The translations under genes were made by a program, and so were the position numbers. Below, piece after piece: positions 14,601 through 24,165 of a stretch of DNA of 32,000 bases. This DNA is from an uncultured bacterium (GTDB taxonomy: Bacteria > Auribacterota > JACPWU01): the NCBI GenBank assembly GCA_964640155.1, contig CAZXEQ010000003.1, forward strand, positions 104,189 through 136,188, written 5' to 3'. The stretch's first letter is position 1. Every line of letters starts with the position of its first letter. The notes below the pieces were generated by a model. It had not been told where the DNA came from and ran no database searches. It saw only the letters and a list, made by a program, of their open reading frames with translations.

Positions 14601-15467
14601 ATGCCAGAACTTTTAAACATACCCACTCAGCGTCTTCCATCCTGGATTCGTGTTCCCGCTCCAGGAAATAATCCTTTTTTAAAAACAAAATCTATCCTAC
14701 GTCAACATTCGTTAAATACCGTATGCGAAGAAGCTCGATGTCCTAATATTGGTGAATGTTTTGCTCATAGTACGGCCACATTTATGATTTTAGGGGATGT
14801 TTGTACAAGAGCTTGTGGTTTTTGTCATGTGTCAAAAGGTAAACCTGGAATGGTGGATTCAGAAGAACCTCATCGTTTGGCAAAAGCAGTCAAAGATTTG
14901 GGAATGCAACATGTTGTTATAACCTCAGTTGATCGTGATGATTTGTCAGATGGGGGAGCAGGACATTTTTCAGAAGTTATTTCTCAAATTAAAAAATTAA
15001 GTCCTCAAACACGTGTTGAAGTTTTGACTCCAGATTTTCGTGGAAATCGGACTTCAGTAGAAACTGTTGTAACTGCTCCCATACATGTTTTTAATCATAA
15101 TATTGAAACAGTGCCTCGACTTTATTCCAAAGCACGTCGTGGGTCAAAATATGAGCGTTCTTTAGACGTTTTGAAATGGGCAAAAGAAATTAGATTAAAT
15201 ATTTTAACAAAAACTGGAATCATGCTTGGATTGGGAGAAACAAACGAAGAAGTTTTTGAGGTGTGGGAAGATTTAAGAAAGGTAGATTGCGATATTTTAA
15301 CCATGGGTCAATATTTGCGTCCAAGTCTGGATCAACTTCCTGTTGAAAGATTTGTAACCCCAGAAGAATTTCGAATGCTTGGAGAGCAGGCAAGAAAATT
15401 AGGTTTTAAGCATGTGGAATCGGGGCCTTTAGTAAGAAGCTCTTATCATGCATGGAAGCATTCATAA
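14601..15467 (+). CDS. lipA: Lipoyl synthase (radical SAM)
   Basis: CEEARCPNIGEC auxiliary cluster motif and radical-SAM CTRACGFCHV. The track ORF starts at TTG 14586. The ATG at 14601 (MPELLNIP...) is the more likely start. Confidence 0.9.
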   Translation: MPELLNIPTQRLPSWIRVPAPGNNPFLKTKSILRQHSLNTVCEEARCPNIGECFAHSTATFMILGDVCTRACGFCHVSKGKPGMVDSEEPHRLAKAVKDLGMQHVVITSVDRDDLSDGGAGHFSEVISQIKKLSPQTRVEVLTPDFRGNRTSVETVVTAPIHVFNHNIETVPRLYSKARRGSKYERSLDVLKWAKEIRLNILTKTGIMLGLGETNEEVFEVWEDLRKVDCDILTMGQYLRPSLDQLPVERFVTPEEFRMLGEQARKLGFKHVESGPLVRSSYHAWKHS

Positions 15468-15512
15468 AACTTAAATCGCAGATTTTTCAGAGATTACAAC
15501 CCATTCATTATT

Positions 15513-15731
15513 ATGAAAATCTTTGTGAAAGTAAAACTTCGAGCTAAAGAAGCACGGCTTATAAAGATTGATGACACACATTTTGAAATAGCTATTAAAG
15601 AACCTCCCATCGAAGGTAGAGCCAATCAAGCCGTGATTGAGATCATTTCGGATTATCTAAAAATAGCCAAGTCGAGGATTAGTATTATTTCCGGAAATAC
15701 TTCTAGGCAGAAAATACTGGAAATACACTAA
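15513..15731 (+). CDS. DUF167 (YggU/UPF0235) family protein
   Basis: 72 aa with EGRANQAVIEIISDYLKIAKSRISIISGNTSRQKILEI, matching the G.AN..L...L...l.v.ks.i.i..G..sr.K pattern of DUF167. Confidence 0.7.
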   Translation: MKIFVKVKLRAKEARLIKIDDTHFEIAIKEPPIEGRANQAVIEIISDYLKIAKSRISIISGNTSRQKILEIH

Positions 15732-15733
15732 AT

Positions 15734-16885
15734 TTAATACGTCGCCATACCAGGTTCAACTTCTGTAGCCCAAGCGTGAATACCACCTTTGAGACTTTTC
15801 GCTTTTTTAAAGCCCATTTCACGTAAGAATCGCGTGGCATTCAAACTTCGCATGCCATGATGACAATGAGTGATAATCTCATCGGCCGTGTCCAATTCGC
15901 TTAAACGGTTTGGAAGCTCTGAAAGAGGTATCAGAAGAGCCTCATCCAAGTGACAAATCTCATACTCGTGAGGTTCGCGTACATCCACGACAACTATCTT
16001 TTTCTTTTGATCAAGAATTTTCTTGAATTCACCTACAGTTACTTCAAGAGTCATATTTTCTTTTTCAGCTTCTGCTTTTTGACCTCGTCCAATACCACAG
16101 AATTCTTCATAATCAATTAAACCTGTAACCGTAGGATGATCAGAGCAAATAGGGCAGTTAGGATCTTTTCTTAATTTTAGTTCTTTGACTTTCATGTCGA
16201 GGGCATAGAAAATCATAAGCCTTCCAATTAAAGGATTGCCTTCACCTAAAATAAGCTTAATGGTTTCAGTTGCTTGAATACAACCGATCAAACCCGGAAG
16301 AATGCCTAAAACGCCACCTTCAGCGCAGCTTGGAACAAGCCCCGGAGGAGGGGGCTCAGGATAAAGACATCGATAGCAAGGTCCTCGTTTAGCATCAAAA
16401 ACACTCGCTTGGCCTTCAAACCTAAAAATACTTCCATAAACATTAGGTTTGCCTAGGAGCACACAAGCATCATTGACCAAATATCGCGTTGCAAAATTGT
16501 CTGTACCATCGACGATAATGTCATATTGCTCAAAAATCTGAAGAGCGTTTTCAGATGTGAGACGTTCTTTATAAAGTTCAACATTAATGCTTGAATTAAT
16601 TGAAAGAATTCTTTCTTTGGCTGATTCTGCTTTAGATTTATCAATATTGTCTTCACTGTGAATGATTTGGCGTTGAAGATTAGAGAAATCAACAACATCA
16701 AAATCCACAATACCAATTGTTCCAACTCCTGCAGCGGCTAAATAAAGAGCCAAAGGAGAGCCTAAGCCTCCAGCACCAATGCAAAGCACTTTTGCATTAC
16801 AAATTTTTTCTTGGCCCTGAACGCCAACTTCAGGCATGATCAAATGACGGCTATAACGAGCGATTTGATCCTTAGATAAACTCAT
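15734..16885 (-). CDS. moeB: MoeB/ThiF-type adenylyltransferase with a C-terminal rhodanese domain (MoeZ-like adenylyltransferase/sulfurtransferase)
   Basis: RYSRHL...VLCIGAGGLGSPLALYLAAAGVG...NLQRQIIH, CxxC pairs (CYRC, CPIC), and a C-terminal rhodanese active-site loop THCHHGMRS. The ATG at 16885 is preferred over the track's TTG at 16891, because AAGGAG lies 8 nt upstream. Confidence 0.88.
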   Translation of the reverse strand: MSLSKDQIARYSRHLIMPEVGVQGQEKICNAKVLCIGAGGLGSPLALYLAAAGVGTIGIVDFDVVDFSNLQRQIIHSEDNIDKSKAESAKERILSINSSINVELYKERLTSENALQIFEQYDIIVDGTDNFATRYLVNDACVLLGKPNVYGSIFRFEGQASVFDAKRGPCYRCLYPEPPPPGLVPSCAEGGVLGILPGLIGCIQATETIKLILGEGNPLIGRLMIFYALDMKVKELKLRKDPNCPICSDHPTVTGLIDYEEFCGIGRGQKAEAEKENMTLEVTVGEFKKILDQKKKIVVVDVREPHEYEICHLDEALLIPLSELPNRLSELDTADEIITHCHHGMRSLNATRFLREMGFKKAKSLKGGIHAWATEVEPGMATY

Positions 16886-16893
16886 AAACAATA

Positions 16894-16899
16894 CTCCTT
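16894..16899 (-). promoter_or_regulatory. Shine-Dalgarno (AAGGAG) for moeB
   Basis: The reverse complement of CTCCTT at 16894-16899 lies 8 nt upstream of the ATG (16883-16885). Confidence 0.6.
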
Positions 16900-16995
16900 A
16901 AATAGGATAAATTTGGACATTATTTATAAACTTGTTTTGGCTTTTTTGCAAGGAGAATTAAGTCTTGTCCTTTTGAAATGAGGATAGCAATATAC

Positions 16996-17024
16996 TTGAC
17001 ATTATCAGTAAGTGGATTAATTTA
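16996..17024 (+). promoter_or_regulatory. Candidate sigma70-like promoter for the 1007-aa ORF
   Basis: Perfect TTGACA at 16996-17001, then a weak -10 (TAATTT/AATTTA at 17018-17024) after a 16-17 nt spacer. It sits in the 209-nt divergent intergenic region. Confidence 0.3.
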
Positions 17025-17094
17025 GATGGTAATATAACCTATTGGTAACAAACATGTTAAATATATTGGCGTGATTTGTTTTTGAAGGGGTTAA

Positions 17095-20000
17095 ATGAAT
17101 ACTCAGATGAGTTGTTTGTATAAAAAAATTGTATGCCTTTTGGTGTTTCCTCTTGTTTTAACTCAAGCGATGGGCTCTCCTTCTCTGGAGGAAAATTCTC
17201 AAGAAAATTCAACGAGCACAGACTTAAGTGAAATATATTTCCCTTCGAAAATTGGAGTTGTGACTGATTCCTATCAAAGTACAAAAAATCAAACAACTAT
17301 TTTTTATATCAAGGATATTCATTGCAATCTAGAAGGTCAGCTTAATATTTCTAAAATGATTGAAGAGCTTTCAAAAAAACAGAGAATTCAACTTGTCTTG
17401 GTTGAGGGTGCTCAAGGAAAAGTTCAGACCGATCTCTTGGGCTGTTTCCCAGATTCAAAGATTCGGAAAAAGGTGAGTAGAAAATTTTTGGCGAAAGGTT
17501 TTATCAGTGGGTGTGAATACCTTGCAATTTCAAAATTTAATAAAATTCCTATTCACATCTATGGCATTGAAGATGAGCAACTTTATCTTAAGAATTATTA
17601 TTTTTTTAAAGAAGTTTATGAAAAAGCAAGTGATACTAATCAATTTATGAACGTTTCGAAGATATTCATTCAAAGGTTAAAGAGAAAAGTTTTTAATAAA
17701 AAGCTTTTGAAAGTCGATCACGATTGGAAGGAGTATCAAGAAGGGAAATTAGCTTTGGTGAAATTTGTTAAGACTCTTTCTCGAGAAGAATGGAATAACC
17801 GTGCGTCTCCTAATCTTGTAAAACTTTTGAAGATTTTATCTGTTATAAATCAGAAGAATCCTTCTCTCTTGGAAAAAGAACATAGATCTTTTATTCAAAG
17901 ATTAAGTCAAATTCTATCTGCCGATCAGACACAAGTTCTTATCAAGTTAATTCTAAAAAAGAGGTTGAGTAAAATTTCAGATGAAGAATATTTTTCAAGA
18001 TTAAAAAATATTCTTCCATCAAATCACATCACAAGACTTCGTAATCAATTTTCTGTTCTTTTTGGGGTTTTTGATTTGCATCGCTTCTTGAAAGAAAAAA
18101 GTGAGAAGTTGGCTTTAGAGTTAGAGGATGCTGTAGATTTATTGTTTGAGAGGCTCGCAAAAACAGAAGAAGAAAAAAATCTACTTAATCTTTCTTTAAA
18201 ATTAGAAACTTTAGAAAAAGCTTTAACATTAACTCTTTCTAGAAAAGAATTTGAGAAAGAAGGTCAAAATTTTGATCTCGATCAGTTTATTCAACATTTA
18301 GAAAGTCTCTATAAAAAGCAAAGCGATAATTTTTCTGTAAATAAAATTGATTTTTTATGGATGAAAAAAATGAAAGGACTTGTTGAATCTGGGAAGTCTT
18401 TTTATCGACTTGCTTTAAAAAGAGAAGATCAAATGGTTCAAAATGCGCTTCAGAAAATAAAAGAGGAAGGTGTACAAAAGGCTATTTTGATTGCTGGAGG
18501 CTTTCATTCTCAGGGGTTGATGGAAAAATTGAAAAAACGAGGTATTTCTTGTATTGCTATAATGCCAATACTAAAAAAGAGAGATGAGGGGCATTTGTAC
18601 TTAGAACGAATGCTGTCTCAAAACATCAACTTAAAGTTTATTCAAAATTTTTCTATTTCTTCTCTTTCAGTTCTAGATCTTCTTTCAGATACAGCTTCTA
18701 ATGATGATGATCGAACAGAATTTTTAAGAAGTTTTTTTCATTATATGGTTACATTTTATGGAGCAGATTCCTTAGATGATGAAGAAACAGTTATTCATCG
18801 ATGGCGGCAACAGGTTATTGCCCTTCATTCAGAATTATTATTAGACTTTAATCAAGTGGTGGAATCTTTATTGTTTTTAGCAAAGACCATTGCTTTGGGT
18901 CAAAGAGAAATTGTGCATGTTTTAAAAGATTCGTTAGGGAATCAAAAGAAAATGTTGCAAATGAAAGTTATTCTTTCGTTTTTGTATCGAGAGCAACTGT
19001 CTGTCTATGATGAGATAAAGTTAAAGATCGATCATCCTAGCCTTATAGCTTATATGACACAATTAGAGGAAAGTCATTACATCACAAATCGATTTGGAGT
19101 TTGGGAGGTTTCAGATGATACAAGAAATGATAGAGATTCTACAGATGTAAGTGCAACAGCTGATCTTTTAGGTGAAGACAATATTCTCGCAGAGAGTGAT
19201 TCAGGTATGGGAGTGGCGTATCGCATTAACGAAGGTCGTGCTATTTCTGAGCGGGAAAGATTAGAAGAAGTTTTTAGTATTCTTTCTAATTTTTGTAAGG
19301 CAAAACCTCGAATTCCATGGATTCAAATACAAACGGATCATCGAGGGAAATATCTTTATTTTTGTGGTTCTCGAATTCTTAGTATAACGCCAAAAACTTT
19401 TTTGAGGGATGCAGCGGTGTCGTTTTTTATCAGAGATGCCGATCATGTGGAAATAAGAAAAGGAGGCGTAAGCTATATTTTAGGAACTACGGGGACGATG
19501 GATATTTTAGAGGATGATATTTCTACCGTTTCTCATGCAAAGACTTTATTGAGAAGACAAGTACAGCGCTTAAGATTAATTCATGAAGATAAAATACAAA
19601 TTAGAAATTATTGGGAAGCGTTTTGCCGTTATTTTCAGGATAAAGCTTCGGAAGGGAGTCCATATCGACATGCAATTGTAGCTTTTTTTATAGATGAGAT
19701 TTTGAAAAATTTAAGTCGACAGGCTCCGCCTGAAATTCTAGGTTATGCCTTAGTGGTTTTAGATCAGCTGAGAGAAAAAATTTTAGAACTCGTAACTGAG
19801 AAAGAAGAGGAGGGGAATTTTGAAAATCAAGCTTCTTTTCGTTATGTCATTCGTTTTTGTGGATATTCCCTTTTAGGTTATACGCAATATCGTTTTTTTA
19901 TTCCTATGGAGTCTTTAGACCAGACCATTGCTCCAATCACTCAAGTAACTGCGACCTTATTAGAATCTCTTTTGAATGAACCACAAATTGCAAGAACTTC

Positions 20001-20118
20001 GTCTGTAGCAGAAATGGCAGTAGCCGAGTTAGGTAGAGGTAGGGCAAACTTTTTTCAATCTGCTCAAAGAGGGTTGATGGAAAGAAGAAGTAGTTCTATT
20101 CTTGAACAAGCAGCTTAA
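17095..20118 (+). CDS. Large secreted/exported protein of unknown function (1007 aa); the N-terminal half has Tiki/TraB/GumN/ChaN-like GxxH-type motifs
   Basis: N-terminal signal-peptide-like MNTQMSCLYKKIVCLLVFPLVLTQAMG. TIFYIKDIHCN...QLVLVEGAQG (~17300-17430) and KAILIAGGFHSQGLMEKLKKRGISCIAI (~18481-18560) resemble the paired '..H' / 'vvvGa.H..G...L...G' motifs of that superfamily. The C-terminal ~500 aa has no recognisable motif except a tail shared with the giant ORF. Confidence 0.7.
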   Translation: MNTQMSCLYKKIVCLLVFPLVLTQAMGSPSLEENSQENSTSTDLSEIYFPSKIGVVTDSYQSTKNQTTIFYIKDIHCNLEGQLNISKMIEELSKKQRIQLVLVEGAQGKVQTDLLGCFPDSKIRKKVSRKFLAKGFISGCEYLAISKFNKIPIHIYGIEDEQLYLKNYYFFKEVYEKASDTNQFMNVSKIFIQRLKRKVFNKKLLKVDHDWKEYQEGKLALVKFVKTLSREEWNNRASPNLVKLLKILSVINQKNPSLLEKEHRSFIQRLSQILSADQTQVLIKLILKKRLSKISDEEYFSRLKNILPSNHITRLRNQFSVLFGVFDLHRFLKEKSEKLALELEDAVDLLFERLAKTEEEKNLLNLSLKLETLEKALTLTLSRKEFEKEGQNFDLDQFIQHLESLYKKQSDNFSVNKIDFLWMKKMKGLVESGKSFYRLALKREDQMVQNALQKIKEEGVQKAILIAGGFHSQGLMEKLKKRGISCIAIMPILKKRDEGHLYLERMLSQNINLKFIQNFSISSLSVLDLLSDTASNDDDRTEFLRSFFHYMVTFYGADSLDDEETVIHRWRQQVIALHSELLLDFNQVVESLLFLAKTIALGQREIVHVLKDSLGNQKKMLQMKVILSFLYREQLSVYDEIKLKIDHPSLIAYMTQLEESHYITNRFGVWEVSDDTRNDRDSTDVSATADLLGEDNILAESDSGMGVAYRINEGRAISERERLEEVFSILSNFCKAKPRIPWIQIQTDHRGKYLYFCGSRILSITPKTFLRDAAVSFFIRDADHVEIRKGGVSYILGTTGTMDILEDDISTVSHAKTLLRRQVQRLRLIHEDKIQIRNYWEAFCRYFQDKASEGSPYRHAIVAFFIDEILKNLSRQAPPEILGYALVVLDQLREKILELVTEKEEEGNFENQASFRYVIRFCGYSLLGYTQYRFFIPMESLDQTIAPITQVTATLLESLLNEPQIARTSSVAEMAVAELGRGRANFFQSAQRGLMERRSSSILEQAA

Positions 20119-20133
20119 ACTGGGCGTGTTTAG

Positions 20134-21129
20134 ATGGTGGTGGCTATTAAGGATATGTTAAAAATGATTCCTCGACGTCAATTAGGGAAAACAGATTTAC
20201 AAATCTCTGAAATGGGTTTTGGGAGTTGGGCCATTGGGGGGCATAGTTATGGTCCTGTTCAAGACCCAGAATCTCTTCATGCGTTAGAAGTTGCTTTAGA
20301 TGCCGGTATTAATTTTATTGATACAGCAGACATTTATGGTAAAGGGCATAGCGAAGAGCTAATAGGACAAGCCATTCAAAATTTTCCCAGAGAGAAAATT
20401 ATTGTTGCAACGAAGGCAGGATGGGATTTTTCTCATGGATTGATTCGTGCAAATTTTGACCGCAGCTATATTGTGTACGCTTTGGAAGATAGTTTAAGAC
20501 GTTTGAAAACAGATTATGTTGATTTATTTCAGTTGCATAACCCTCCTAAAGAACTAGCTTTGAATCATGAGTTGTTCGATGAATTAAAAAATCTTCAAAA
20601 AACTGGAAAAATCCGTTTCTATGGAGTGTCGGTTCATGGACCTGAAGAAGCATTGTTTTGGATAGAGCATTCAGATATTCAAGCCATTCAGATTGTTTTT
20701 AATTTGTTAGATCAGCGAGCTCGACGAGAGTTTTTCTCTATGGCTCAAAAGAAAGGAATAGGACTTATTATTCGAGAGCCTTTGGCTTGTGGAATTTTGA
20801 CAGGGAAATATGGTATCGATACTATTTTCCCTAAGGATGATCATCGTAGGCGTTGGACAAAAGAAAAAACGATTTTAGATTTAGAGAAAATTGAAAAGAT
20901 TAAGTCAGTGATAGGTGATGCAGAGGTGTTTCTTTCTCAGATTGCTCTGGAATTTGTTTTATCGTTTGACGATGTTTCTGTTGTAATTCCTGGAATGAAG
21001 AACGAATCGCAAGTGCAGAACAATTTAAAAGCAGTTTATGAAAAACATCTTTCAAAGGAAAAAGTTGCTGCCCTTTGTCAACTTTATGATGAGGATGTAG
21101 TTTTTAGCTCAGGGTTTTACAAAAATTAA
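20134..21129 (+). CDS. Aldo/keto reductase family oxidoreductase
   Basis: LGKTDLQISEMGFGSWAIGG...INFIDTADIYGKGHSEELIG...VDLFQLHNP matches AKR signatures. The start is ambiguous (ATG at 20134, 20155 or 20164), and 20164 (MIPRRQLGKT) fits the family N-terminus best. Confidence 0.85.
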   Translation: MVVAIKDMLKMIPRRQLGKTDLQISEMGFGSWAIGGHSYGPVQDPESLHALEVALDAGINFIDTADIYGKGHSEELIGQAIQNFPREKIIVATKAGWDFSHGLIRANFDRSYIVYALEDSLRRLKTDYVDLFQLHNPPKELALNHELFDELKNLQKTGKIRFYGVSVHGPEEALFWIEHSDIQAIQIVFNLLDQRARREFFSMAQKKGIGLIIREPLACGILTGKYGIDTIFPKDDHRRRWTKEKTILDLEKIEKIKSVIGDAEVFLSQIALEFVLSFDDVSVVIPGMKNESQVQNNLKAVYEKHLSKEKVAALCQLYDEDVVFSSGFYKN

Positions 21130-21173
21130 AGATTCCTTTTTCAAGGGAGACTGATAGAATTCAAAAACTAAAT

Positions 21174-21180
21174 GGAGGAG
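21174..21180 (+). promoter_or_regulatory. Shine-Dalgarno (GGAGGAG) for sodC
   Basis: GGAGGAG lies 6 nt upstream of the ATG at 21187. Confidence 0.6.
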
Positions 21181-21186
21181 TAAAAT

Positions 21187-21705
21187 ATGAAAAAGATAGT
21201 ATTTCTATCCATGATTTTAGGTGGTGCTTTATTAAGTTGTGCTGAAGAATCCCAAATCCCAACAAAAGCACAGGCTGTTTTAAATCCGACTGAGGGAAAT
21301 GAGGTACATGGCACAGTGACATTTATGGCAACAGATAAAGGTGTTTTGGTTGCTGTGGATGTAGATGGCTTGACTCCAGGGAAACACGGTTTTCATATTC
21401 ATGAAAAAGGGGATTGCAATTCTCCGGATGGCTCTGCGGCCGGTGGGCATTTCAATCCTCATTCTATGGAACATGGCTCTCCCGAGGATGCCACCCGACA
21501 TGATGGAGATATGGGGAATATCATTGCTGATGTAAAAGGGCATGCTCATCTTGAATATATTGATCCTAAAATAAGTTTAGTAGGAGAGCATACGGTTATT
21601 GGACGCAGTGTGATTGTTCATGCTGGGGAAGATGATTTTAAAACTCAACCTACAGGGAATGCGGGTGCTCGTGTAGCTTGTGGTGTGATTGAAGCGATGG
21701 AATAG
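21187..21705 (+). CDS. sodC: Cu,Zn superoxide dismutase, exported (possible lipoprotein)
   Basis: GFHIHEKGDC, GGHFNP, HDGDMGN, VHAGEDD and GNAGARVACGVI are the classical SodC metal-ligand and disulfide motifs. The N-terminal signal has ...ALLSC (lipobox-like). Confidence 0.92.
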   Translation: MKKIVFLSMILGGALLSCAEESQIPTKAQAVLNPTEGNEVHGTVTFMATDKGVLVAVDVDGLTPGKHGFHIHEKGDCNSPDGSAAGGHFNPHSMEHGSPEDATRHDGDMGNIIADVKGHAHLEYIDPKISLVGEHTVIGRSVIVHAGEDDFKTQPTGNAGARVACGVIEAME

Positions 21706-21712
21706 TTGAAGT

Positions 21713-22414
21713 GTGAATAAGAAAAAAGCTTGTTTGCCCGGTGTTTTCGTTACAGGCACCGATACAGGGATTGGTAAAACTTTAATCACTTGCGCTTTAG
21801 CAAATATTTTTTCAAAAAAATATCGTGTGGGAGTCATGAAGCCGTTTGCTTCAGGCTCCCATTCCGATGTGCAGAATTTGAGAAGAGCAGCTAGGCGTTC
21901 TGATTTAAGCTTGGATGATATTAATCCTGTTTTTTTCAGCCGACCGTTAGCTCCATTTAGCGCAACGCACTTTGATAGAAAGAAGATTGATTTTTCTAGA
22001 ATCTTCAAAGCTTATCAAAAAATTCAAAGTGTTTCTGATTTTGCTTTGGTGGAAGGAATGGGAGGCTTGCACGTTCCTATTACAAAAAGGTATACGGTAG
22101 CTGATTTAGCCCTTCAAATGAAACTTCCTATTCTTATTGTAACGCGTTTAGGATTAGGGACTTTAAACCATACACTTTTAACAGTCAATTATGCGCGTCA
22201 AAAGGGATTATCGATTTTAGGTATTATTATCAATTCAACAAAGAATGAAAAAGATTTATCCACTCAAACCAATGTTCAGGCTTTATCATCTTTACTTCCA
22301 TTTCCTGTTTTAGGACCGATTCCATATTTGAAAGGCTCTTTTTTGAAAAAGCTTAAAGTCCTTTCTTCGGGAGATTATTTTTCGAAACATCGCCTGGAAC
22401 AATTGTTTTCATGA
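21713..22414 (+). CDS. bioD: Dethiobiotin synthase
   Basis: GVFVTGTDTGIGKT P-loop, VEGMGGLHVPI and LGTLNHTLLT. GTG start 7 nt after the sodC stop. Confidence 0.85.
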   Translation: MNKKKACLPGVFVTGTDTGIGKTLITCALANIFSKKYRVGVMKPFASGSHSDVQNLRRAARRSDLSLDDINPVFFSRPLAPFSATHFDRKKIDFSRIFKAYQKIQSVSDFALVEGMGGLHVPITKRYTVADLALQMKLPILIVTRLGLGTLNHTLLTVNYARQKGLSILGIIINSTKNEKDLSTQTNVQALSSLLPFPVLGPIPYLKGSFLKKLKVLSSGDYFSKHRLEQLFS

Positions 22415-23232
22415 ATGCACCTGAAATTTCTCCCTTTATTGCTTATTTATTCAGCTTCTTTTTCTTTATGGGTTTATTTTTGGATTTCACTCTGTTTAGG
22501 AAAAAGAATCAGGAAACAAGTCTAATTCTTCCAGTTCCATGGAAATGGGTTGATTTAGGCTTTTTTCTTGTCGTTTTTTTAGGGTTGGGAGAGGTTTTAA
22601 GTTTTTTTCTAAGATATTTCTTAACAGCTTTAAAAATTTCTAAAGATAATTATGCTTTTTATTTGTGTATTTTTAATATTCTAATTGAGATTTTTGTTGT
22701 TGTTTTTTTGATTTATTGGCTGAAAAAAAGATATTTAACATCGTGGAAAGATTTGGGATTTAATCAAGTGTTTTGTATGAAAGATATTTACTTAGGGATA
22801 CAATACTATATCGCTGTTCTCCCTCCTTTGATTTTGATTGGACTTGTAATAAAGATGTTTTCAGAAATACTTAAAGTTCCTATTGAACCTCAAGTGCCTA
22901 TGAAAATGTTAATGAGGGAACATTCTGATTTTAATTTTATTATGATGGGTATTTTAATTGTTGTGTTTGCTCCAATTTTAGAAGAAATCTTTTTTAGAGG
23001 GTTTGTTTATCCTTTAATTCGAAATTCAGGCAAAGTGAAAAGGGCCGTTTTATTCAGTGCTTTGATTTTTGCTTCACTTCATTTTAGTCTTTGGGCGTTT
23101 TTGCCGATTACATGCATTGGTTGTTTTTTGGCTTTGCTTTATGAGAGAACAGGAAGCCTTTATGCATCGATTACTTTTCATGTTTTAAATAATTTAATGA
23201 CTGTTCTGATTGTTTTCTTTTTATTAAAATAG
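22411..23232 (+). CDS. CPBP family intramembrane glutamic endopeptidase (CAAX protease/Abi-like)
   Basis: Polytopic hydrophobic protein with APILEEIFFRGF (EExxxR), FASLHF and FHVLNN motifs. Its ATG overlaps the bioD TGA (ATGA). Confidence 0.85.
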   Translation: MNAPEISPFIAYLFSFFFFMGLFLDFTLFRKKNQETSLILPVPWKWVDLGFFLVVFLGLGEVLSFFLRYFLTALKISKDNYAFYLCIFNILIEIFVVVFLIYWLKKRYLTSWKDLGFNQVFCMKDIYLGIQYYIAVLPPLILIGLVIKMFSEILKVPIEPQVPMKMLMREHSDFNFIMMGILIVVFAPILEEIFFRGFVYPLIRNSGKVKRAVLFSALIFASLHFSLWAFLPITCIGCFLALLYERTGSLYASITFHVLNNLMTVLIVFFLLK

Positions 23233-23241
23233 GATTTATTT

Positions 23242-24165
23242 ATGGGAGAGTTTGAGTGGATTAAGCATATTGCTAAAAGAGCTAAATTAAAGTCAGGTGT
23301 TTTAGAAGGTATTGGTGATGACACTGCTGTTTTAGATATCTCAGGTTCCTCTAAAGTTTGGCTTTTGACTGTGGACCATGTGGTCGAAGGTATTCATTTT
23401 GAAAAAGGGATAGACGAGCGCTGGATTGGACGAAAAGCATTAGCACGGTCTCTTAGCGATATTGCTGCAATGGGGGGTGTTCCTAAGTTTGTTCTTGTGG
23501 GACTTGGAATTCCTAAAGGCTGTTCGACAAAAGCAATTCATCGTTTTTACGATGGCTTTTTAAAATTAGCAGATCAGTTTAGCTTAAGTCTTGTAGGTGG
23601 AGATATCACGAGCAGTCTTAAAGGTTTTTTTGCTTCTGTTACGGTGATTGGAGAGGCCCAAAAAGGTAAATATGTTTTGAGAAAAGGAGCGAGAAAGGGG
23701 GATTTGCTCTTTGTTACCGGTTCACTGGGTGGATCTAGATTAAAAAAACATTTAAAATTTCAGCCTAGAATTAAAGAAGCTCAGTGGCTTGTAAAATCTA
23801 AAATTCCTAGTGCAATGATTGATATTAGTGATGGACTATTAGGGGATTTAAAACATATATTAGAGAGAAGTAATGTAGGGGCTTGTTTGTGGTCGCATTG
23901 CATTCCTGTTTCATCGGATGCAAAGAAGTTAGCAAACTCAAATTCTTCTGAAGTTTTAAAAAGAGCTTTTTGTGATGGAGAAGATTATGAGCTGCTATTT
24001 ACGTCTAGAAAGAAGGATTTATCTTGGATAAAGACTTTCCAGGAAAAATTCGGACTTTCTGCAACTTGTATTGGACAAATCATTGATCAACCTATAAGGA
24101 TTCAAATCGAAGATGAAAAGGGGAAGAAAAAGAACATTAGTGGCAAGGGGTTTACCCACTTCTGA
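23242..24165 (+). CDS. thiL: Thiamine-monophosphate kinase
   Basis: GEFEWIKHI...GIGDDTAVL...TVDHVVEGIHF...ALARSLSDIAAMGG...DISDGL...GEDYELLFT...GFTHF matches the ThiL pattern. Confidence 0.9.
   Translation: MGEFEWIKHIAKRAKLKSGVLEGIGDDTAVLDISGSSKVWLLTVDHVVEGIHFEKGIDERWIGRKALARSLSDIAAMGGVPKFVLVGLGIPKGCSTKAIHRFYDGFLKLADQFSLSLVGGDITSSLKGFFASVTVIGEAQKGKYVLRKGARKGDLLFVTGSLGGSRLKKHLKFQPRIKEAQWLVKSKIPSAMIDISDGLLGDLKHILERSNVGACLWSHCIPVSSDAKKLANSNSSEVLKRAFCDGEDYELLFTSRKKDLSWIKTFQEKFGLSATCIGQIIDQPIRIQIEDEKGKKKNISGKGFTHF

Noticed and set aside
16453-16725. 90-aa minus-strand ORF in an alternative frame within moeB
   Set aside because: It is on the same strand as the MoeB/ThiF ORF but off-frame. The moeB frame carries the conserved motifs.
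21577-22008. 143-aa minus-strand ORF overlapping the sodC end and the bioD start
   Set aside because: It is antisense to two genes with unambiguous family motifs (SodC GNAGARVACG; BioD GTDTGIGKT) and has no motif of its own.
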